Below are positions 12,706 through 24,327 of a DNA stretch of 64,000 nucleotides, one piece after another. This DNA comes from Glycera tridactyla (Eukaryota), in NCBI GenBank assembly GCA_965644265.1, contig OZ286469.1, forward strand, positions 58,776,001-58,840,000, in the 5' to 3' direction. The translations under genes and the position numbers were made by a program. The number at the start of each line of letters is the position of its first letter. Position 1 is the stretch's first letter. Under the pieces are notes generated by a model, which saw only the letters and a list, made by a program, of their open reading frames with translations, had not been told where the DNA came from and searched no databases.

Positions 12706-13106
12706 ACACATCACCCGTTCATACGGTGCTATACATTGCAGACAGCGGATTGTTCCTTGACAATAATACATCATATAGTTCATAAGGCAAACTATATGAC
12801 TTCGATGCTCATGGAGTACCCGATTTCGATACTCACTGAGTATCATTTGTGTTGAAGAAACGTAGATCGGTTGCAGAATGCCAGCTTTCGTGAGTAGTAT
12901 CCCCAACGATTTCGACTGATGAATTTCGGCTGTATACGGAGTACTTCCACTTCAAGATCAAGACGATCTCTAGCGATTTCTCCACCTCTCGTTTTACAAG
13001 ACACCAAGATTATCAGTTTACCCAAACTGACTTCTCTTTACAAAAAGAGGGCTTTTACACCAAAATACAATCACCACCGATACCATCCAATCAGAGCCCG
13101 CTATGG

Positions 13107-14266
13107 AAGCGTTGAAGTGCCAAATTGAAGAAGTGAGAAAAGTTTTTTTATCACCTACGTAGGACTTACTATCATCACCTATGTAGGACTTATTATCACC
13201 TACATAGGACTTAATTGTCACCTACGCAGGACATACCATCACTTACGTAGGACTTACACTATCATTCATTCTGGACGGACCATAACTACCACTATCGTTA
13301 CTGCATCAACATCTTGTATTCAGGTGCATGCTGACTGGGATATCAAAGGTCGAGTGTATGGGAGTCTTTACCTGTATACATGTAAAAGAACCACTGCTGT
13401 CTCTCACAAAGAGTAGGGACAGCCCCAGCAGCAGTGCCTCTTTTCTTCAGCATTTTCGGTTTTTCAGTCCGATATAACCCAATGTGGTAGAGATGGCGTT
13501 GAGACGTGCAATCAAACCTCAAACAAACCGAACCAAACTAACTGTGAGATATTAGACTGTCCCAGCACGAAACTTCTTCAGAATTTGAACAGATGTCTTG
13601 CATGTATTGAAAACTGTGAATGTATGCCCGTCCTCCACTAGATGTTGACCAAGAGGTGATGTATGGTGGTGCTCACTGCTTCACAGATAACGTATATGAT
13701 AAAGAAGCAATACTACAGATAGTTCGTTCGATAATGTTTGGGGACCACCCTACTATCAAGAGCCCAGCATTTTAGCAAATCACTTGAGCATTAAGGCACA
13801 ATATATGAAATGGGAGATGGATAGTATGGAACAATCTTTTACAATACTCCATTGGAGTGTACGAATTACATTCTCAGAAATCATCATGGATAATCTATGA
13901 GATGATGGGGAACCAACATCCAAAAATAAAGTATGACTGCATGCTAATTGAGTTCACGATTCCAGGTGTGGGAGGAAGCGGGAGCTTATGTACTATGTCA
14001 ACTCCTACGTAAGAGACAAGTCTTACAAAGGTGATCATGAGTCCTAAGTAGGTGATCATAAGTCCTACGTAGGTGATCATGAGTCCTACGTAGGTGATCA
14101 TAAGTCCTACGTATGTGATAATAAGTCCTACGAAGGTGATCATAAGTCCTACGTAGGAGATAGGTAAGTCCCACGTAGGTGATAATAAGTCCCACGTAGG
14201 TGATAATAAGTCCTACGTAGGTGATAAAAATAATTCTCACTATTTTAATTTGGCACTTCAATGCTT
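13107..14266. mobile_element. Foldback/MITE with TIRs containing 21-bp tandem subrepeats
   Basis: Left AAGCGTTGAAGTGCCAAATT..AGTGAGAA..TTTTATCACCTACGTAGG mirrors the right end. Unit TCACCTACGTAGGACTTATTA occurs ~5x at 13150-13258 and ~9-10x inverted at 14025-14228. Confidence 0.85.
13322..13540 (+). mobile_element. SINE family A (core GCACGTAAAAGAACC-like), nested in the foldback element
   Basis: GTGCATGCTGACTGGGATATCAAAGG...TAAAAGAACCACTGCTGTC...TCAAACCTCAAACAAAC; shared with 19775, 35078 and 35705. Confidence 0.75.
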
Positions 14267-14899
14267 GCCCACTGCTCTCAACTTCACTAGATTCTGAAAT
14301 CACATTGCATGGCACATCTCTTTGCTGACTTCTCCAACAAAAAAGCCCTATTTCCTGCAAGATGACACTGCATATACCTGCACAGGTTTAGATCGGGAGA
14401 ACGAACGTCAGCAAAAAATAGGTTGGTGTCACTCAGGTAGTCAATCGCATGATGGACAAGTTGGAATTCACGTCTCCGCTAGGTGTTTACTCACACAAAT
14501 GTCTTGCTCTCAAACTTAAGCTTGTTTTCCTTGTATGTTTTGAACAAGTTTGGGAGAGTGAATATATTTACGGCAGAGTGATTTTTCTAGCCTGCTCTAC
14601 CGATGGGAGAGTGGCTGGAAAAGATTTTTGTGGAGACTGATTTCACCATAATTTGTTTGATTCGGCCAAGTGGGGGCCCGTGAACGTATCCCATGTTCAC
14701 TGCCCATTACAGTGGCCAAGAATAACTGTCCTGTGGACGTCACACTATATGCGTTCTTGTTCAAGATAAGAAGAACTTGTTTAGCCAAGAACTATGTGCG
14801 GATGTGCGCACAGAAGATGACAGTTTCTTGAAAATGAAGTGTTCACTGCTGCTTGGTCATGTTATGAAGGGGTCAGGCATGTGACTCTACCAGCTCCTC

Positions 14900-15300
14900 A
14901 TACTTGATTGGGTGAATGTATTGGCGATTTGCAGCAAGAAAATCAGCCTGGTGAAAATCCACATATTACCAATTTCACCAATTCAGATTTCTTTCTGAAA
15001 ATGTTTGGCTGGTGACATAAGTGTTTCTTGCTTTCATTCAATAGAACACTTCATTATACAACTTTTGAGGAAAAAATTAGGGTAATTCTCGGATAGATTC
15101 ATGATCTATGTGCAAAATACTGCTGAAAATACTGCCTTCTTTGCTCTAGATGACTCAAGATTCTGGCAATTCTTTCATACAAGAAATAGCCCTCCATAGT
15201 CATATACTTACCCAAAACCATTCCTCATCATGTTCACCAAGAAAATCTTGGTTTATGATTTTTTGAAATTTTTATTCAATTTCACTCATTTTCCCACATT
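14900..15300. repeat. Interspersed repeat family E
   Basis: TTGGCGATTTGCAGCAAGAAAATCAGCCT is shared with 32336-32365. TACAAGAAATAGCC.TCCA.AGTC.TATACTT.CCCAAAACCATT is shared with 34488-34535. Confidence 0.6.
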
Positions 15301-15572
15301 TCTGGTATTTTCAATGGATCATAGCACAAGAATGAGCCTGGTAAGGGTATTTTTCCAAAAGCCTATTGCAGTCAGCATGCAATTCTGAGTAAGTGTGGGA
15401 AATTATTATGAAATTCTTGCAGGGAAAGTCTCACCTCACAGCCACCTCAATTGATTGGACATGGTACTGGGGTTCAATCTGCATGCAATTAACCTGCTCG
15501 AGGGACCACCTCCATTACTATCTCCATCTGACGTGTGTCAGAGTGCATCATGATAGCTCATATCATATATTG

Positions 15573-15785
15573 ACACTTGGGGAAGAAGTCGTGAATTTCA
15601 GACTATTATGACGTGTTACTGACGTCATACACACTCAATGATCGATTAGCATACCGAACTGTAATCATCGAGAGACACTTGGGGAAGAACTCGTCAATTG
15701 CCAATTTCGGACTACTATGACGTGTTACTGACGTCATACACATTCAATGATCGATTAGCATAGCGAACTGTGATCATCAAGAGGA
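15573..15785. repeat. Tandem direct duplication, ~105 bp x2
   Basis: GACACTTGGGGAAGAA...TATGACGTGTTACTGACGTCATACACA.TCAATGATCGATTAGCATA.CGAACTGT.ATCATC occurs twice. Confidence 0.85.
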
Positions 15786-16129
15786 CCAATTAGGGAGGAG
15801 CTCGCCAGGTGCGAAACATGCTCTCAAATGACCTTTCAAAATCCATACTCTTCCATGACACGTGCTCATCATTTTTGCGGAGCTGGTCTGAAGATGGCAG
15901 TCATAACTGAACAGATTGGTGGAGTATTTTCCGTACCTGACAAATTTTATTGTCTCCACAATCACCTGTTTTCTCGGACATCTAGCGACTTCTAGGCTAC
16001 TAGGAATCTGATCTGGTCAACTAGAAAATGTACTGTTGGTATAGAGCTCAACTTGTCTCAAAGCTGGTTTGAAGTTGACAACTCTCAAATGATCACAATA
16101 ATTATGTATTTTCAGAAACTATTTTATTT

Positions 16130-16942
16130 ACTTGTTTGAAGTACTACGCTTTGCTTAAAATTAAGTGGGTATGGTGGGAGTCCAGGGTCTCGGTAGAAGG
16201 CAGCCACCAGCTGGCGAGGGTCGTTTTCTTTGAAGTGTTGCCATCGGGGATGATGTGGCCTAGATGTAGCATCATCCCTTCTCTTTTTCTCAATAGTTTT
16301 TTGGTGTAGGGGTTGAATGAAAACACACCTTCAAATTTTCTGTCATCTGTCTTTAGGCAATTTCTACCAAAATTACACTATCACCATGGTTTCTTTCTCT
16401 TCACCACTTTTCTATCACTCTATGCTCCTTCTTATTTCTTCAGCGAAATGGTCTCCAGTGTAGGTAGCTAACAGTTTGCCTGTTGCAGATATTGTCACTA
16501 TGCAAAAAAGCGGGTACCGAGCATACCAGTTCTGGGTTACTAGGGCTGATGACTAGGTTACCAGGATGTGTGATGGAATCGTACTGCGAGTATAGGACAT
16601 GGAATTATTGTAAAGCTGGTTTGAAGTTGGCAGTTTGTAATTGAACACTTCGGTTGAGTATACTCCTAACCTAATGCTTTTCTATGTGTCAAGTGCTGCG
16701 CTTTGCAAAAAAAAAAATGCCATCCTAGGTTTATTGTGTATGCTCAGATTAGGTAGAGGTGTGTTTGAAGTGTCAGCTACTTTCACTTGACAACCTTTCA
16801 GGTTCCCATCATCTTGTGATCAGGGTTTGTGAGAGTGATGTCTGCAGAGGAGAGAACATCTAGCTTTCGTCAACCAGGAACACACAGCATAAATAATCCT
16901 ACGGATTGATACATGCCGTTAAGCCTCAAACAAACAATAGCT
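16130..16942 (+). mobile_element. Long copy of retroposon-like family B (tail GATACATGCCGTTAAACCTCAAACAAAC)
   Basis: Reverse complement matches 38545-39230, 47300-47575 and 50565-51030; non-coding; ends in a SINE-type (CAAA)n tail. Confidence 0.75.
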
Positions 16943-17089
16943 TAGAATTGAGGCAATGCTATAAGACAGAAGTAAGCGTCAGCTTCTATCGAGTTAGATG
17001 GTCAGATACGCCATCATTGAAATTGAAAGAGACTTTATTAAACTCTGGATTGGAGGGGTCAACAGCGACCATATTTCTCCATTAGCTTC

Positions 17090-17275
17090 ATCAGGCTAAC
17101 AGAAGAGTTATGGACGTTTGTCTGAACTGCTGTCTACTTCCAATTAAGAACCTTTCTAACCTCCATTATTCTGTGTTCAAGGTTTGTGAGAGTGTCATCT
17201 GCAGGGAATAGAACATCCAGCTGCCATGGATCAGGAACACGTGACATACACAATCCTTTGAATTGATACACGATA
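17090..17275 (+). mobile_element. Family B fragment
   Basis: TGTGTTCAAGGTTTGTGAGAGTGTCATCTGCAGGG...AACATCCAGCT...GAATTGATACAC. Confidence 0.65.
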
Positions 17276-17701
17276 GAAAGATAATTCTTTATTTCTATCA
17301 CAAAATTCACAAAATGATGTACAATTATCCCCGGACAGGCGATATTCACAAATACAATCTCTTCCAGTATTTTTCAATTAATAGGTTAGTGATGATATGA
17401 AATGAATCGATGGCTAGTTTGAAATATGGTTTCATGTAATTGATACATGATGTAAGACTTCAATCAAATCTATCACTCCAATGGGTCATCTCGATTCCGA
17501 GGGTATATAACCCGCTGCTCCCCTACTCGGATATCCAACCAGTATACTATTTAGCTACTGAGTTGATGAATTTTGCAAACAGGGCACAGGTGCAATGCGG
17601 TATACCAGAGCTTCGACTAGATTTACTACAAATAGTGATGACTTTGTACTGCAAGTCTAGGACATATCCGTGAATAGTTTCATCAGGTTGGTATCGGACG
17701 A

Positions 17702-18040
17702 TGATTGATGTAGATATCTTCTCACAACCAAGTTGAACGCTTACCGTTTGTTTACGTTTCAGCTGTCATCGGCAGCCATCTTCAGAACTGTATCCCGCTA
17801 GGTGGTGACGCAGGCAGACAGGTACCAAAGATGGATAAGAGAGGCTATCTGGATAAGGAAGAGCGCACCGACCATGAACCGGGACGAGGGGGCATACAAC
17901 CTGAGTCACGTGTGGACAGGCCTTGTCCCTGCGTCACCACCTAGCGGGATACAGTTCTGAAGATGGCTGCCGATGACAGCTGAAACGTAAACAAACGGTA
18001 AGCGTTCAACTTGGTTGTGAGAAGATATCTACATTAATCA
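17702..18040 (+). mobile_element. Truncated Penelope-like element: inverted pLTRs flanking the GIY-YIG C-terminus
   Basis: 113-bp arms at 17702-17814 and 17928-18040 with one mismatch. The centre reads DRYQRWIREAIWIRKSAPTMNRDEGAYNLSHVWTGLVPASPPSGIQF*. Confidence 0.9.
17950..17995 (+). ncRNA. Minimal type I hammerhead ribozyme motif (mirror copy at ~17747-17792, minus strand)
   Basis: CTGAAGA (17957-17963), stem II GGCTG/CAGCT, GAAAC (17982-17986), GTA triplet; short stem I GTT/AAC. Confidence 0.7.
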
Positions 18041-18329
18041 AAGTCTAGGGCATAGGATTAGCTGCATTGGCACAGAATTAACTGCATGAGCTAAGTACTC
18101 TACGATCACCATCGCTGCCTACGTTCACGCCTGGAGTGATGAGGTAGAGGGGTTCCACTCAGTCACCTCTACACAGAGGTGGCTCCTGTGTGAGAAGATC
18201 TGTGATTGTATAGATCTGTGTAGTGTTGCAGGTACGGTATTGAATGGTCAACCTTTTCCATTTTGGTCACCCACCCAAGGAGGAGCCTTGCTCACTGTTA
18301 TCGACAATGGAGATGATGTGAAACTGGAG

Positions 18330-18560
18330 TGATTGCATCTAACTCGCTACTCATATGATGTACACGTGTCTGAATTGTCAGCTACTTCCACTTTCAATCT
18401 TTCTGGTTCCCTACCATCTCGTGTTGAGGGTTTGTGTGAGAGGTACCGCGAGGGAGGGGGCACAGCATCCATCTTTCATAGGTCAAGAACACAAGGCATA
18501 CATAGTTCCTTTTGGGTTGATACAATCCGTATACTTCCAATCAACCAATCAAACATTAAC
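18330..18560 (+). mobile_element. Family B fragment
   Basis: GTCTGAATTGTCAGCTACTTCCACTT...GGGTTGATACA, then a (CAAT/CAAC) tail. Confidence 0.65.
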
Positions 18561-18649
18561 GATTGAATTCAAATTCAAGAACAGAGAGAAAGTTGGGAGC
18601 TACATAGCAGATGAGGAAAATGCCTTCACTGGAGATGACCGAAAAGCCT

Positions 18650-18900
18650 GTAACAAGAGCGCCAAGGCACGTTTTGCAGAATTCGCTCGAACATCTCCAT
18701 TTCCATGCATGAAAATATATTCAATGTTCAAAATGAAGCTACTCAGCCTCATTGAATGAGTATCTGAATAGGTCCAGCTCCACTTGGAGATGGGGCATAA
18801 AACTAGTAGTTTCTGTATTCATACATCCCTTGACAGCGCTACTTCTGGTCAATCGGATTTTGCCCAGAGACAATACCCACACATGATTTGTCGGGGGGGG
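18650..18900 (+). repeat. Family F element starting AACAAGAGCGCCAAGGC
   Basis: Shares ACAAGAGCGCCAAGGC...CATGAAAATAT...TGTATTCATACA.CC...GATTTGTC with 26148-26450. Confidence 0.6.
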
Positions 18901-19774
18901 GGGGGGGGGGGGGGGTAAACAGCGAGATTATATGAAGATTGATGACCAATTCACACCTTGTTTCGACGTCGTCGATGACGCCGACGACGTCGACGGTAGT
19001 TGAGTGACTTAATGACGTACGATTAGCGCCATCACGCAAGCATTCACACGCACCCGTACGTCAGTCCAGAGAAGATTGGTAGGATGATTAGCGGGTAAAA
19101 TCAGCACGTGGCGAGGGGAAACGTTCACAGAACGTGAATGCAGACTATCCGATACACGCTATACCCGAGTCTTGACAGCAGACAAATCTTCACATATGGC
19201 TATATTTGTTCATATGACTATTGAGATATACGTCAGGTATTGTACGCTATATTATGTGCTGATGGAGAGAGACGATATATTCNNNNNNNNNNNNNNNNNN
19301 NNNNNNNNNNNNNNNNNNNNNNNNNNNNNNNNNNNNNNNNNNNNNNNNNNNNNNNNNNNNNNNNNNNNNNNNNNNNNNNNNNNNNNNNNNNNNNNNNNNN
19401 NNNNNNNNNNNNNNNNNNNNNNNNNNNNNNNNNNNNNNTTGCACAGGATCATTCAGTGATAGGATGATTGTCTCGCTAGTGACGGAAATAATGGAGTTCG
19501 CAAGAAACTAATCATGTCGAAATGCCGAGCACAATCAACATCTATTTTGGGTTGACGGTGCGAAGTAAGGGCCCTCGGGGGAGAAAGGTTGCAGAAAATT
19601 ATTCATTTCTATCATAAAGATGACCAGGAATGCTTGTAGGAGACAATGCCGGAATCAGATGTGGTGACTTCTAACTGACAGGTATGACTTCATAGTACGT
19701 ACAGGCTTGTGTGGATAGACCCTTATAGAATACACAACATATAGCGAATCGGTAACGGTGTAACTCTATGCGTA

Positions 19775-19945
19775 GAAACCCAGTGCATGCCGAATGGGAT
19801 ATCAAAGGCCGGCCGTGTGTATGGGAGTCTATTCCTGTATGCGCGTAACAGAACCGCTGCTGTCCTTTGCAAAGAGTATGGATCCAGTTTTTTCAGTCTG
19901 ATAAAACCCGAAGAAGATTGAAGGGACGTTAAACACACACAAACA
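19775..19945 (+). mobile_element. SINE family A
   Basis: CCCAGTGCATGCCGAATGGGATATCAAAGGCCGG...GGGACGTTAAACACAC. Confidence 0.75.
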
Positions 19946-19947
19946 AC

Positions 19948-20134
19948 TATCATATGAGGAAAGACTGAGGAAGCTTGAGATGCCGAGGCTTGCTTACAGA
20001 CGTCTGGGAGGGGGGACATGATAGGGACATTCGAAATTGTTAACAACGAGGGCGGGTATGAGGACCGAGTAGCAGTTGGTCCGCTCAAACCTAGCACAGT
20101 CACACAGACGAGGGGACATCGCTACAAGCTAGAG
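19948..20134 (+). pseudogene. CR1 RT C-terminal fragment, left part
   Basis: YEERLRKLEMPRLAYRRLGGDMIGTFEIV...TQTRGHRYKLE, typical CR1 ORF2 end motifs (one slip in a G run). Confidence 0.85.
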
Positions 20135-21385
20135 CAGTATGGAAAGCCATCGATGTCATATTTGGATTTCTATACACGTTACAATGCTAACGCGTTAGCA
20201 TGCCAACGCGAGAGAATGCTATGGAAAGCCATCGATGTCATATTAGGATTTCTATACACGTTAGCATGCTAACGCGTGAGAATGCTAACGCGTGAGAATG
20301 CTAACGCGTTAGCATTCTCACAGTTGACTATTTCAGCCAATGAATGGTCTCCATTTTGAAAATGAACCAATCACATAAGCGTGAGCATTTGTAGGTTCCT
20401 ATGAAGTCACACGTTAGCAATTTGCTAACATGCACCCATGGGTGTGTGGCAGCTCTTCTTGAAAGCCAACATGTAGACACCATATTTTGCTAACACGTTA
20501 GAATGCTCACGCGTTAGAATGCTCACGCGTTAGGATGCTCATGCGTTAGAATGTTGACACGTTAGAATTCTAGCGTATGACAATGCTAACGCGTGACAAT
20601 GCTAACACGTTAGAATGCTAACACGTTAGCATTCTAGCGCGTGAGAATTGTCACGCGTTAGCAATATATGAATGCACTGCCCATATCAGCATATTCAAAT
20701 TCGCTGTGATTATGGTGATTCATGCATTTTACCATTTAGTTTCCCTACCACCCCCCCCCCCCAACAATGGGCATGGACTAAGTGGTCAATGTCATTATTG
20801 CTCACACGTGACTTTTCATCGCTAACACGTTAGCATTCATTGCCTACGCGTTACTCTTATTGCTAACGTGTTAGCAATAATTGCCTACTCGTTAGTTTCA
20901 TTGCTAACGTGCTAGCAGTCATTGCTCACGTGTGACCTTTTATTGCTAACGCGTAGGCTTTAATTGCTAACGCGTAGGTTTTAATTGCTAACGCGTAGGT
21001 TTTAATTGCTAACGCGTAGGTTTTAATTGTTAACGCGTAGGTTTTAATTGCTAACGTGTAGGTTATAATTGCTAACACGTAGGTTTTAATTGCTAACGTG
21101 TAGGCTTTCATTGCTAACGTGTAGGCTTTCATTGCTAACGCGCTAGCAGTCATTGCTCACGTGTGACCTTTTATTGCTAACGCGTAGGTTTTAATTGCTA
21201 ACGCATAGGTTTTAATTGCCAACGCGTAGGTTTTAATTGCTAACATGTAGGTTATAATTGCTAAACGAAGGTTTTAATTACTAACATGTAGGCTTTCATT
21301 GCTAACGTGTAGGCTTTCATTGCTAACGCGTTAGCAGTCATTGCTCACGTGTGACCGTTTATTGCTAACGCGTAGGTTTCAATTG

Positions 21386-22465
21386 CTAACCAACCAACCA
21401 ACCACCCATTCAACCAACCAATCATGTAACCAACCAACCAACCACCTAACCACCCACCCATCCAACCAACCAACCAATCACCCACTCAACCAACCAATCA
21501 CGTATCCAACCAACCAACCACCCACCAACCAACCAACCATGTAATCATCCATCCAACAAACCAGCCACCCACCCAATCAGCCAACCACCTAAGCAATCAT
21601 CCAACCAACCACCCACCTACACACTCAACCACCAATCCAACCATGTAACCAACCAACCAACCATGTAACCAACCACCCAACCAACAACCCAACCACCCAA
21701 CTAACCACCCAACCAACCGCCCACCCATCCAACCAACTACCCACTCAACCAACCAATCACGTAACCAACCAATCACCCACCCAATCAACAATCCACCTAA
21801 GCAATCATCCAACCACCCACCCACCTACACATCCACCCAACCATGTAACCAACCAACCAACCATGTAACCAACCAACCAACCATGTAACCAACCAACCAA
21901 TCAACCAACCAAAAAACCAATCAACAACCCACTCACCCATCCAACCACCCACCCACCAAACCAACCACCTAACCAACCACCCAACCAACCACCCACCCAT
22001 CCAACCAACCAACCACCCACTCAACCAACCAATCATGTGACCAACCAACCACCCACTCAACCAACCACATAACCAACCACCCAACCAACAAACTAACCAA
22101 CCACCCACTCAACAAACCAATCACGTAACCAACCAACCACCCACTCGACCAACCACATAACCAACCAACAAACTAACCAACCAACCACTCAACCAACCAA
22201 ACACCTGAGCAATCATCCAACCACCTAAGCAATCATCCAACCAACCACCCACCTACACACCCACCCACCAACCCAACCATGTAACCAACCAACCAACAAC
22301 CCAACCAACAAACCAATTAACAACCCACCCGCTCACCCACCCAACCAACCAACCACCCGCTAACCAACCAGCCAATCAGCCAACCATCGAACCAAACACC
22401 CAACCACCACCCACCCACCCAACCACTCAACCAACCACCCAACCAACCAACCAACTAACTACCAT
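21386..22465. repeat. (CCAA/CCAC)n degenerate microsatellite tract
   Basis: About 1.08 kb; a short inverted counterpart (TTGG/TAGG)n lies at 23370-23478. Confidence 0.95.
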
Positions 22466-23370
22466 GTTCATCTGCATGCCGCTCACCATTTCAGGCCTAC
22501 AGGCCTAGTTATCAGTTGAAACAATACATGCAATGGTGGTTTGGTCCATTATTGTTGAAGGGGGTATAGGTTTAGCTGTATAGCAAGAGGTACCAGGTAT
22601 GCAAATGGAAATACATATTCATGGAGATGAGGTGACAGGTCGGCTAATATATTATGTATTCATTCAAATGATTGTGAATCATTAATGAATATTCATTAGT
22701 CAGACATCAAACACCCAATGCTAACGCGTTAGCATGCTAACGCGGGATGATGCTCACACTTTACTGTTCTCACGGGTTAGAATTCTAATGCGTGAGAATT
22801 CCTACACGTTAGAATGCTAACGCGTGAGAATTCCTACACGTTAGAATGCTAACACGTTAGTATTCTCCCGCGTTAGCATGCTAACGCGTTAGCATTGTAA
22901 CGTGTATAGAAATCCTAATATGACATCGATGGCTTTCCATAGAATGCTAACACGTCAGCATGCCAACGCGGGAGAATGCTGACACGTTAGCATTCTAACA
23001 CGTAGGAATTCTCACACGTTAGAATTCTAACATGTGAGAATTTTAACGTGTGAGCATTATCACGCGTTAGCATGCTAACGCGTTAGCATTGGGTGTTTGA
23101 TGTGTGACTAATGAATATTCATTAATGATTCACAATCATTTGAATGGATATACATCATATATTAGCCTACCTGTCACCTCATTTCTCTACAGTTACATCA
23201 TCTCAATGAATATGTATTCTCATTTGCATACCTGGTACCTCGTTGCTATACAGCAAAACCTATACCCCCTTCAACAATACTGGACCAAACCACCGTTGTA
23301 TGTATTGTTTCAACTGATAACTAGGCCTGTAGGCCTGAAATGGTAAGCGGCAAGCAGATGAACATGGTAG
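22460..23370. repeat. Inner palindrome of the foldback element
   Basis: 22460-22740 is the reverse complement of 23080-23370. The centre holds TGCTAACGCG subrepeats and an extra TIR copy (~22880-22942). Confidence 0.9.
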
Positions 23371-23516
23371 TTGGGTGGTTGGTTGGGTGGTTGGTTGGGT
23401 GGTTGAGTGATTGGTGGGGGGGGGGTGGCTAGGTAGGTAGGCAGGTAGGTAAGTAGGTAGGTAGGTAGGTAGGTAGGTTGAAAGGTCATGCGTGAGCAAT
23501 GGAAGCCTACACGTTA

Positions 23517-24327
23517 AGGCGCCTTTACATAGGGCGGGCGAGGGCAGGCGCCAGTCTGCGACTTCGCGCGATCTTTTTTTCGACCAAATCCGTGTGAATG
23601 CCGTGCGATTCTCACGCGATCCGGGTGGTCCGGGCTGATTTGGCGCCAAGAGGCGGCTTTCCCGCGCAAACACACGGCGTTCCCGCGCCCGCGCGCGGCT
23701 GCATGCGACGACAGGCGACAACGCGCGACTACGCGCGGATTTATGCTGGCGATTTCGCGCGACTTCGTGCGACTGCGCGCGGCGGTCCCGCGGCGTTCGC
23801 GCGACTTCCCGAGACTGCCCGCGACAACGGGCGACGTTCACACGACTGCGGGCGATCTGAAGCGGGGGAGGGGTATAAAAAGGCTGGCGTGGCGCGCATC
23901 GGCCTCATTCCATTCCAGTCTTTCACTCGGTGTGGACGTGTTTTGCTCTCGCTGATTTCTCAGTTTGGATTTTACTTTTGGCTATTTCGAAGCTTTCACG
24001 AAGCTCTTGAGATGGCACCCCACACCCAGCAGACATCGCCCTTCAATGCGACCGCGCGCGGCATCCGTGCGGCAGCCGCGCGACTGCCCGTGACTGCTCG
24101 CGCCAACTCGCGACTCCGGGCGAATTAATTCCAGTCGCGCGATCGTGCGCGAAAGTTTTGAACATTTCAAAACTTCCGCGGCGGCCCCGTAGACACAGGC
24201 GACGGCTCGAGACTTCGTGCGACGACGGGCGACTACGCGCGACCACGCGCGGATTTCTTTGCGACGACGGGCGGATTTGAGATCGCGCGAAGTCGCGCGT
24301 AGTCGCCCGCCCTATGTAAAGGCAGCT
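23517..24327. mobile_element. PIF/Harbinger-type MITE, 811 bp, GC/CpG-rich
   Basis: TIR AGGCGCCTTTACATAGGGCGGGCGA / TCGCCCGCCCTATGTAAAGGCAGCT. TTA duplicated at 23514-23516 and 24328-24330; removing it restores a host-element subrepeat. Confidence 0.9.

Noticed and set aside
13140-14230. CRISPR-like array (21-bp repeats); likewise the 22-bp repeats at 20830-21385
   Set aside because: Units are contiguous with no unique spacers, there are no cas genes, and the context is eukaryotic; these are TIR subrepeats.
23260-24246. Arg/Ala-rich ORFs up to 193 aa
   Set aside because: By-product of the high GC content of the MITE; no recognisable motifs.
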